Assembly (NCBI RefSeq): GCF_036321535.1
Contig: NC_087436.1
Coordinates: 25,546,001-25,610,000 of the forward strand
Reading direction: 5' to 3'
Length of the DNA: 64,000 nt
Source: Camelus dromedarius
Taxonomy: Eukaryota
Part shown: piece by piece, positions 1-10,583 of the stretch
Position numbering within the stretch: position 1 is the first letter of the stretch
Layout of the letters: every line of letters begins with the position of its first letter
Notes under the pieces: model-generated
Seen by the model: the letters and a program-made list of their open reading frames with translations, nothing else
What the model was told of the DNA's origin: nothing
Databases searched by the model: none
Position numbers and translations under genes: made by a program

Positions 1-1464
1 TTTGAACATTTTATATTCAATGAAGTATATGCAGTATATTTCTAGATAAAATACAGTATCAGATGAGTAACTGAAAATTAAACTATCGGATTTATTTAAA
101 TAAAAATGTAACTTTGAGCAAACAACATAGACCATTAGGTGATTTGGATAAAAGTACTGCTGAACTTTGGAGAACAAGATTTGAAGTCCAGTAGGATACA
201 GACTGGATAGAAAGGTGCAAAAGTTATTTTCAACAACTAGGCTATATTTATGTGTGATAATTATTTATGCATCTGATATTTAGTAATGTAAAATGATAAA
301 ACATCAGAACGCTAGTGATTCAGATTTCTGTCAACCATGTCATGTACCCTTAAAAGAGACTCATTAAAATCACATTTTAAATATTATCTTTTAAGTAAAT
401 ACATCCATATTTATTTATGAACATTGCCTAATCTTATTAATGCAAAACTATGTAAAATATTATTACATAATTTAATACCTTCATATTTGATTCCTTTTCT
501 TTACATTACATCTACCCTGCCTTTGATAAGCTCTAACTCCTACTCTGCACAAACTGTCAGAATCTAATCACTTCAGCTAACTTAATTGTTCTTATTTTTA
601 TTTCTCTCAATCACAAAAATTTCTTGAAAATAGCTTTAGGGATGTTTTTAAATCGTTCTTTAAAAACTCAGTTGGATCTATTCAAATTTAAACACTGTAC
701 AAGTTGCCAAAACAAATTTAATTCAACTTACAGTTGATATAACTTGTCCTTCAACTCAGTGACTCTGATTCTGTGCCTACCATATACTTTCCTGGATTAA
801 AGAGTCAAAAATCATTGTTTTAACTAGCTTAAACCAAAAAGAGTAATATACCAATTTCATTTTTAAGGGAAATGTATCACCATATTTACTCTATGATGGG
901 ATCTGAGAATGAATCTGAGCTAGTAATGTGAATATTGAAGAAAATAAGGGATAGACAGTCTTGAAAAAATTGCTATAAACAAGAAATTCTTTCTGCTATA
1001 CTCAAAATATCACTTAGTGAGATAGTTAGAGAAGTAGAACATATACAAATCTTTTTTCTACCTAGTTTTTCAGGATAACCCAAGATCACCCGAAGCATCA
1101 TTAACTAATGTCTCATGTGCCCCCAGAGAGGTGCAGAGTGGGAGAAGAGACATTTATCTGAATCTCCTGCCTAGGCAGATCTATATAAGTGGCTATAACT
1201 CTTATAAAGACTTTTCCTTTGGGATTTCATAGATGTAGTAATACATTTGACAAGCAAATATAATTAGAGATCACACTCTAACATTCAGATATAAATGTTT
1301 CTACTGTACATTTATCTCCTAAATAAAAGGGGAGGAGAATCTCCTTCATTTTGTCTGCACTCTGGCATCACACTAACATTCTAGTTTCTACATAATACGG
1401 GATCACATTTTACCTCTGCATTTTTTGAAAATATGCTCATTATAGGTGAGGTTGCTTACTTCAG

Positions 1465-1755
1465 TGGTTTTGGTTTCTCCTGAGCCTCTCTCCTTGGCAT
1501 GCAGATGGCTGCCTCCTCGCTGCATCCTCGCATGGCTTACTCTGAGTGCACACATCCTGGTGTCTCCCCCTCTTTTTATAAGGACACCAGTCATATTCGA
1601 TTAAGGCCCACCTGTATACCTTCATTTAACCTGCATTACCTATTTAAAATTACAAACCTAATTTAACCTCCAAATACAAGCATGTACTGAGGTATACAGG
1701 GGTTTCGAACTTCAACATGTGAATTTGGGGGTGGGGACACAATTCAGTCTTTAAC
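1465..1755 (-). mobile_element. MaLR LTR, MLT1B-like
   Basis: Reverse complement reads GACTGAATTGTGTCCCCACCCCCAAATTCACATGTTGAAG...GGTGGGCCTTAATCGAATATGACTGGTGTCCTTATAAAAAGAG...CCAAGGAGAGAGGCTCAGGAGAAACC, matching the MLT1A/B consensus as recalled. Confidence 0.85.
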
Positions 1756-3129
1756 TTGAAAGAATTTGTGGAACAATGTATTGTTGATTATACTAACAAT
1801 ATTTTTCCATTTGGTTTAGCCATGGTATTCTTTACTATAAGTTAAAATAATGGACAGTGCTCTCTGGGACGAGTAACTTTTTAATTAATAATTTAGGTTA
1901 AATGCACATAAAATTAGACATCTAACCAGCCAGACCTTGAAGGAATGGAATATCTAACAACAACATCTTCTGTGGAAGAGGATCAAGGAAACCCTGGAGT
2001 ATAGGTGCTGGACCTGAAATAGGAGTCGTAGGTGGAACATAATGGGGGACACTGTCAGCTACTAAGATGTAGGTAGACGAAGGTACTGGGTAGTTGAGAA
2101 AGGAGAGGTTCCTCAAGAGATCCTTAAGTACCAAGATACTGACATTTGAGGAAGAGATTCTTCCAGAGAATCTGACAAAGGAGAGACACACTAGGTCTGG
2201 TCCTGCCTACATGAGCCGGGAGGTAGGCAGCACAGCTCTGCACACTTAGCCCTTGGATCCATGCATAATTCTTCAATATGGATCTAGCTATTTGAATTAT
2301 TTTCAGGCATAGGCCAAAATTCTGCAAAAAAGATATCTCAGAATACTGTGGTCCAAAGCTTAAAAGTTCACTTCTTTCTCACGGGCGTACACATCAGGAC
2401 TGCGAGGAGACTGCCTGGACTCTCCCAGCTACCCAGCTGCTTCCTCCTAACTTTTTGCTCTACCGTCCCCTACAGACAGCGGTATCTCAGAAGAAGTTTA
2501 ACCACCAGCTTTCCAACTGTAGTTCTAACATGATGTTCATATTTCCTTTACATTATGAAAGACCAAAAAATAAAATAAAAATAAAGGTCAGACTTTCAAT
2601 ACTTGCTATCATGAGTGACTTCTTTGCTGAATTAGATCATTTGTGAGTCCTGGGAGGCTATTTCCTCAGGGTTTTTGTTGTTCTTGCTGTGGTTTGCTAT
2701 TCACAATGTAAAGGCTATCCAATCACGAGGCAGTTTAAAGTTCAGTCTGTATTATTAACATTTTTTCACATTACTATCTTAACTCCAGACAATTACAAAA
2801 TGATAAATCAAGCCTTAATTTCTAGCATTTGCTGGGTTCTGTGACAAATAGTTCTAACCTGGTCGGTTTCAGGCTACCAGTGTGACATTACTGGATGCAG
2901 CATGAGGAAGAGAAGGGCATTAGAACACCATTACACAGTATTTCCGCCACACGAAAACAATAAACCTAAGCACATAGGTAATACTGTGGATGTAGTAAAA
3001 TAACTACAAAGCGATGATTTTGAATATCTATTAAATTTAAAATATAATTGTATAAGTTTATATGATTTATTTTTACATATGCTTCTGTTTAATAATTAAC
3101 TCATAAAATTGTTTCAAATCATTTCTTGC

Positions 3130-4050
3130 AAGCCAGTACAACCAGCTCTTGTACATGACTGCTAGTAGGCACTCTCCCTCTCACTTCTCATTCACTCAGT
3201 CAAACCTTGTTCAACAGTAACTTATTTGAATTCAAGTTTGTGGGAAGTAAAAAGAAAAAAGAAAAATGGAAAGCCAGAGATCACACAGAACTTACACACA
3301 TCACTTTTGATTATACTTTGCTAGTGACAGCCTGGTCCAAGGCCAGCACAGAGAAAGCAAGGTATTGTAGTCTCTAGTTCAGTAAGTTATTACTTACAGG
3401 AAAAGTGTAGACTAGATCCTGGTGGTCAGGTGACTATCTATGCTACCATCTGCCTCTCTGGCCAATCCCATATCCACACATTCCTTCCCATTTAGATGCA
3501 CATTGAAAATACTCTTTTCCAAGGGCACCAAACTATAGACTCATTAATCTCTATCTTTTATCATGATCAAAACAAGGATCTTTGGCTACTGCACATTTCT
3601 GTTTGTTCCAACTATGGCTCCTCTTGGCCCAGTGACCTACAAACTAATAAACAAGTAATTTGTACCCCTGCCCTCGATGTATAATGGTATCCTAAGAACA
3701 GAATACTCAAAATAATACATTCAATTGAAGAAAAAGGAACTCTAGGATTTATACAGTGGTCATGGGACCATAACACTGCTGAAATCTTATTATGCAGGAT
3801 AACATTTCCTTGCCTTGGCAGGGAAATAAATCCTTGATTAGGCCCTCATTCCTTCCAATTTGGAGCAACTCTACATCAGTGGTCTTCCATATCCTTAGCT
3901 TGTCACTCTGGTTGGTTCTTCCTGATCTATCATCCTCCTTGGCCATACCTTAAATGGACATTGGAACCTCTTGCCCAGCTTCAGAAGCTCACTGATTTTT
4001 ATAGTACAAGTTTGTGAGTCAAGGGTTGCTTTAGAGGTTGAAAAAAATGT
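3130..4050 (-). mobile_element. Old MLT1-type LTR fragment (~3130-3450) plus MLT1 internal fragment (~3450-4050)
   Basis: 3610-3790 (GGCTCCTCTTGGCCCAGTGACCTACAAACTAATAAACAAG...) resembles the MLT1 internal segment at 9690-9860; LTR/internal junction looks like CTACCA|TCTGCCTCTCTGGCC. Confidence 0.6.
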
Positions 4051-4199
4051 TTTACATGCCAGTTTTTAAAATGATTAACATCAATTCCATCACCAGTATC
4101 AGATAGCTGGTTGTACTCAGTTTCTTCATCTTCAACTGAAAATGATTGCAACAGATTCCTCATTGACCACCGCTTTCCAAAATATCAGCTTTGCTAATG

Positions 4200-4700
4200 T
4201 TGCCCTTCTTTATAACTTATCAATGGCTTCCCATCATCTACTGAATTAAATGCAAATTCTTTAGCATGACATGCAAGATTGCTTAGTTCTCAGCTTTTCA
4301 ACCCTATCCCTTTCCAGCCTGATTGATTTACTTGATTTCCACACTCCAGATAAAGCAACCTACTGGCAAATTTTTAATTCCTTGAATATACCTGACATTT
4401 TTCCACACCCAATGTGTTTTCACACACAAGTCTACCTTGCCTCCCCTCCCCTCTGTTGCTGTCCACATATTCACTTTTCAAATTATAGTTCAAAAACTTC
4501 TCTTTGATATATCTCTTCCAAATAGGGTTAACCACTCCCTGCCCTGGGCTACAACAGATGTCACAAAGACTCTCAGTACTGCTTTTATCATCGAACTAGT
4601 TTTAATAGCTGGAGTGTGAAATCTGGAGAACTTTCATATTTATGTATTCTTACATTTAACTTAATGCCTCACATGATTTTTGTGTTCAGAACATTAATTG
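4200..4700 (+). mobile_element. L2 LINE 3' fragment
   Basis: TCAATGGCTTCCCATCATCTACTGAATTAAATGCAAATTCTTTAGCATGACATGCAAG is typical L2 3' region. Confidence 0.6.
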
Positions 4701-4734
4701 GGATAGTAAAGAATAATAGTAAGAAATTGTTCAT

Positions 4735-4950
4735 GATAGTAAGATAAGCACTGGCTTAAATTCTGATTTTCTTCCACAACTAGCTTTGCGACCTTGAATA
4801 ATCTAGTTAACCTTTACAAGCTGTAATTTGTGCATCTGCACAATGGGAATGACAGACTTGATCATGGTTAGAATTTAGTAGTGTCATCTTCATGAGGAAC
4901 TAAAGCACAATGCCTGGCCTACAGTAAGTAACCATTAGACTATTATTTTT
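4735..4950 (+). mobile_element. MIR SINE
   Basis: MIR core CTAGCTTTGCGACCTTGAATAATCTAGTTAACCT...CATCTGCACAATGGGAATGA and tail GCACAATGCCTGGCCTACAGTAAG. Confidence 0.75.
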
Positions 4951-7224
4951 GTTGGATGGATTAAAGAATTGACCTACTTTGATTTAGAATTTTTCATATA
5001 CAAGGGCATCTTGTCTACCACCTAAGAGGTCTAGTTATGTTAAATACCATCAAGATCTCATTATAACTGACAACATTTCCCTATGTACTTCTGTAACCAT
5101 CCTATAATAAGTTAATATAATTCATATTTCAATATGAATTTCTAACAGTTAAGACGAGACATGCTGCCACTGTATTTATTATTGTTCGATATATAATCTC
5201 TAGGGGGAAATGGATTTTACAGGCTGAGTTAGTAGTAGTGGAGGAAGTTTTCTAATTGGTAGGACTTGCACAGTAATAGCAGCTGGGCTGCTGAGGTGGC
5301 TGCCGGATCAGAAACGTGTGCTCCAATATTGACTTTTCATTTTTTGTCTTATTTATCTCAATGCATATTTATAAGTCATTAATGTCTTATTTTTCACTCT
5401 GAAAAACATTTTGTTCAGGGCTGATATGAGCATTATGAGGGCTATGTGATGGGCAAATCATTCCCATGGTATCTTCAAAGTGCTCCAAGGAGTGGATGAT
5501 GCTGCTGCCTCAGGAGGCAGGAACTGTGGGCATAATGGCAAAAGCAGATTTCTCTGGCACAGTTATCTCACAGCGGCCCTCAAACAGCTCATTAGCTCCA
5601 GACAACATTTTTGTTTCTAATTTAAATATGGCGATGCTAGGTTATTTGTGGAACCCTGGCCACAGCTACTAACCTGATTCTCCAGAGCTTACTTCATTCC
5701 TGTAACTTCAGAATGCTGGCACAAGCTATTTTAATCCATCCACAGTTTAACTTAGAGCAGACAAGCAAGTCTAACTTGCATTCTAGAACAAGATCCAAAG
5801 TACCTTATCACTGTAGTTTCCCCCTTAATAGCTCAAAACAAAGAATAGTCATGGAAATGAAATACAGAAACTTCCTCTCCATCTGAGATCTTTACAACAC
5901 TCCCAGCATGTATTAAACATCAACACAGAGAGATCCCTGAGCAACACCTGATGAAGTCTACTTCCCGCCCCCATTTTCATAAGAACATGATGACTGAACC
6001 AACCCCAGCAAACAGATGATGCTCCTGATGAAAAGATCAGACCCTTCTGACCTTGGGCTAGGCTGACACAGGCTGTGTTGTTCTTCACTTGGGAAGGACA
6101 GACCTGAGTTGAGACCCTTCCTTGAAATGACTGAGTGAATGACAATAACGATTGAGAACTACATCACCAAGAGTATGGTAATGTGTCTTTTCAAAATCCT
6201 TAAGAAAAATCTTCATGTCATCAATTTGATTCAAGGAAAATTTATGCATTATGCATGATTTCCACATGTTTCAGCAAGTATTTTTAAGGAAATTATCATG
6301 TTTTATAATATGTAAGAACTCAATAATCACAAATCAAACTATTAGATAGTGTTTGCTAACTTCTAACTCAAATCTATATAAAACACTTTCAAGGAAGAAA
6401 CTGTGCTGATGTGTTCATGCTACCCAAGTTTCTGACAGCTCAGACCTGAAAATAAGTAGTATGGTGTGGTTTTTAGAAAACTATTGTATGCACACATGTA
6501 CATGCCTGGGTATGCCCATGACAGTGGTCATGGGAGTCATTTAAGTTCTTTTAAACTCCATGTTTGACAGGAGTGGTCGAATTGCAGCAAGTATGTCATG
6601 TAAGGAGGAAAGACTATCTCCATATCCTATTTCATTTGTCCAGTTTGAAGGAAGATGTTAACATCCATCTGTTTCACAAACTTAATTTTATTTCATAGCC
6701 TTGACCCTACCTGTACCTCCCTTTCTAAATTTCTGAAGTGGCACTTATTGAAGAGACATCTGTGCCTGGTGCAAAGAAGAGTCAGCTACCCAACAGAGAT
6801 GCCTAATTAGGAATGAAAAAAAACAAGAACAAAGAGGGAGAATGTCTAAAAGCAGCAAACAGGAGATACCTGAAACTGTGCATGAAAACTGTAAGAAGTC
6901 AAATGAACACAGTTATCTGTCACGGGAGGGGGCGGGCGGTGGATAAAACTTAAGGACGCTTGAACTTATCTTCATGTTCAGTTGAAAATGTCAACACATG
7001 TTATAGTCCTATAGTTACTGAAGCCCAAGATCTGAGTGACGTAGAGGCTCCCTTAAAACAGCTGAATTTCCTGAGGAGAGGATTTGCAATAACATTCATT
7101 TCAGAAATAACACCAATTAAGTTGTGTTTAAAATAATTATAGATGGCACTTACTGAAAGTTTAAAACATCCTCTGCTAAACATTTCAGGTATCTGCCTTA
7201 TTTAAATTTTGCTATCTTCCTATC

Positions 7225-7345
7225 AGGTAGGGACTATGATTATTCCCATTTCAGTCAAGAAAACTAGGTTTCAGGAAGGTTAAATAATTTGTGCCGGGTC
7301 AAATAGCTAATTAATGACAGATCCAGATATCAGGCCCAGTCCTGG
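7225..7345 (-). mobile_element. MIR SINE fragment
   Basis: ATTATTCCCATTTCAGTCAAGAAAACTAGGTTTCAGGAAGGTTAAATAATTTG...GGTCAAATAGCTAAT, antisense MIR core. Confidence 0.7.
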
Positions 7346-8249
7346 GTTAACTTCTAACTATTTTAAAATGCAGTATTGATAAACCAGTGGGAAATAAGCG
7401 AGGAATATATATAATGGTGGTTCAGGGCTTAAATGATTACTTAACCGGCTCTATAAGCACATTCAAATCTCTGAAATAAAACAAGTTAATCTCTGTAAAT
7501 TAACCTCTGTATACAATTCTTAACGCCACACTGTGATTTCTGAATTTACTGAAAGTGATAGTATACTTTCCAACTCTGAAAAAAGAGAAATAATCTTTCC
7601 AAGTTTTGAAGCAAGATGTAGTATTAACTGTGTAATTCTGCCTGGATTGTGCCTGAAATTCTTTACATTTTTTTACATTCTTGCCTTTAAATGATAATTA
7701 GATGCCATATATGCTGTGTAACAAAATATAGCATAATGTTTAAGAGTTCCAATGTCTTTGAAAATGGCCAAGGGTAATCAGTAGTTGTTTTTAACCACTG
7801 ACAACTGCAATTTCAAAATATTTGCATAAAGTCAAGAATCTGTAAAAGATTTGAACAGTAGAAAATACATTTATTTGAAATAGTTTTCCCCTCAAAAATG
7901 TTTGAGTAACTGGAAATGTGGCATTAATCTATAGTGCTTTCATTTGGAGAAAATTTCAGTGTGAATCCAGTTACAAGATCAAGTTGTATGCCTTGTATGT
8001 ATAATTACAAAGCAGTAGGGTATCCAATTAAAGACTTTCAGTGGTAGGAAGTAATGTAAGCCTATAATGATAAGATGCTTTCAAAGACAGATTGAAAAGT
8101 CAGGCACACATAGAAGTTAATTTAGACAGTGATATTTCTTTGAGCGCATGAAAAAACGAAATTTTTTTCAAGAGTAGAAATTCTTTTTTGGGGGGTAGTA
8201 TTTTTACCTCATATATTTCACGAAATATTTATTTGTTCTAAATACTCAT

Positions 8250-8701
8250 TTTGATGGTTAATGTTCTGTGTCAACTTGATTGGGCCATGGGGTGCCCAGA
8301 TGTTTGATCAAACGTTATTTTGGGTGTTTTAAGATGCTTTTGGGGGTGTTATGAGGTTGCTTTTATATAAGGTTAATAAGTAAACTGGTGGACTGAGTAA
8401 GGCACACTCCCCTCTGTGATCATCCAAACTACTGAAAGACTGAGTAGTACACAAGACTGACCCTCCTGGTGTAAGAGAAATTCTCCTAAATGACAGCCTT
8501 TGAACTGGGAGATCAGCTGTTCCTTGTTCTACATAAAGCAACCTGCAGAACTTCAGACTTGAACTGAGGTATTGGCCCAGCAGATTTTAGACTTACCAGC
8601 TTCCTAACAGCATGAGCCAATTCCTTATTTAAAAAAAAAAAAAAAAATCCCTTTTCCTCTCTTCTATTGATTCTGTTTCTCTAGAGAACCTTGATTAATA
8701 C
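8250..8701 (+). mobile_element. ERVL solo LTR, MLT2 family
   Basis: Starts TGATGGTTAATGTTCTGTGTCAACTTGATTGGGCCATGGGGTGCCCAGAT and ends CTATTGATTCTGTTTCTCTAGAGAACCTTGATTAATAC, both characteristic MLT2 termini. Confidence 0.9.
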
Positions 8702-9524
8702 TGGCCTTCTACAAAAGCTTAATTTTTGTATACATTTTAATTAAGACCTATCCCATGTGCAAATAATAGATCCCGCTCCAAAGTTACTGTACGGAACTTA
8801 TAGAAATAATGTATGGCAACAAATTTGTATCAAGACAACATGTCAATTAGCAGAGAGATCTTTTGAGAGCACTTAGGGTTTAAGAATTCGTAGGGATGCA
8901 CATTTATAGATGTAAAGGATCACTGCATTTTGGTTTGCAACAGTAAATTTGCGTCAGTTACCTATTGCGGCATTACAACACCCCCCACCCCCATCCCGTA
9001 AAACTTCGTTACAGAAAACATGCATCATTTATTTCACTCACGTATATGCAATTTGAACAGGACTCAGTGAGGTCAGTTCTCTGCTTCTCCTAAAGTATGA
9101 CTGTGGCCTGCAGGATCTACTTCCAAAGTAGCTCGCAGGCAACGCTGGCAAATTAGTGCAAACTGAAAGCTTCGGGCTTGGTTTTCACTTATACTGGCCT
9201 CTCCACGGGCTGCCCGAGTCTCCTCCTCCTATGGGGAAGGGGCTACGTCCCGGGACCTATCACAAAATACGGGAAACGGAATCCACACTTTTAAGCCCCG
9301 GCTCCAGAAACTAGTATAGAATTACTTCAGCCATCTACTGTTGGTTAAGCGGTTGAAGACCCGAAATTTAAGCATAAAGAACATAAACCTGATCAATAGG
9401 AGGAACGGCAAAGCAGTTGGAATCATGCTTTTAAAGTGCCACAGTATGCCCTCTGGCCACAAATTATTTACATTCTCTCCACGTGTGAAATAGATTCTCT
9501 TTCAAGACCCATCAACGCTTTACC

Positions 9525-9576
9525 CCATTACAGAATTGGTCTCAGGTGTCAAAGCCTGAGACCAATTCTGTAATGG
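9525..9576. repeat. Perfect inverted repeat, 22-bp arms and 8-nt loop
   Basis: CCATTACAGAATTGGTCTCAGG-tgtcaaag-CCTGAGACCAATTCTGTAATGG; arms are exact reverse complements. Confidence 0.97.
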
Positions 9577-9638
9577 TTTCATCAACTAAGGCAGGTCCAG
9601 GTCAGTCCAGGGTGTAGGTGAGGCTCCTTGGATTTGGG

Positions 9639-9675
9639 TTTTTTGTTTTTGTTTTTGTTTTTGTTTTTGTTTTTG
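9639..9675. repeat. (TTTTTG)n microsatellite
   Basis: Direct reading. Confidence 0.95.
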
Positions 9676-10463
9676 TGACAGCTCCTTAAGGATGATTCTG
9701 CTCATCTGAAGACCTGGGACCTAAGCAAGTTATTTTCTCTATAACACATAAGACACAGAACAAGGGAACAGGCATAAAATAATTGCCATAGACATTCCCA
9801 TTAAAAAGGGAGTAACAAGAGGCACACAGCAGTCACTAATATATCACAATTATAAACTCCAGCTGGGACTTGGATAGTCAGACCTGAGTGTGGTTCTTCA
9901 GGAATTACTGTCTATGGTTCCCGTCTCCCTTTTCTAGGCTCACGGTTCTGCTCTCTGAATCCCTTTAAAGTTTTGGGATCCAAAGACCTGTTTCCATTTT
10001 ATTTTGACCAGAGTTATTTTGACCAGAACAATTCTATTAAAAATTGAGTGAGCTTTCCATGAATGTAATTCATTTCTATTACGTAAGAGCCACAACCACA
10101 AGTCTTTCTGCAGTAAGTCCTCTTTCATGCTGGGCTCCCTGAAGCAGAACTTCTGAGACCACAGCTTTAAGACTTCTAGAAGCTTCATTGTTAAATGGAG
10201 AGGATTTGTAAGACATGCCCTTCTGATTCCTATAAGCCTTTCTCTTTGGAAGGGTTCCTGAGTCACCACCACCTCAATTCTTTCTGAGATATTAAAAACT
10301 ATCCCAGAATTAGATTTGGGGCATAAGAGTATTTGTTTTGAGAATTTTTTGGTCATACAAAATGGCCTAGAAAGAAAGTGTTTTGTTTTTGAACTTAGCA
10401 AATTCTGGCTCCTTATTACTTCACACTGCATTCCCTCACCTTGCACCCTCTCTCTTCTTGCAT

Positions 10464-10583
10464 TGTTTTGGAGAAGGGGGTAATTAGGTTTGTTTGTTTG
10501 TTTGTTTATTTAATGGAGGTACTGAGGATTGAACCCAGGATCTCGTGCATGCACACACTTTACCACTGAGCTATACCCTCCCC
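10464..10583 (-). mobile_element. tRNA-derived SINE, camelid vic-1-like, inserted in the MLT1 internal region
   Basis: Minus strand GGGGAGGGTATAGCTCAGTGGTAAAG...GGGTTCAATCC (Pol III A/B boxes), (AAAC)n tract; imperfect TSD CTCTTCTTGCATT / CTCCTCCTGCATT. Confidence 0.85.
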
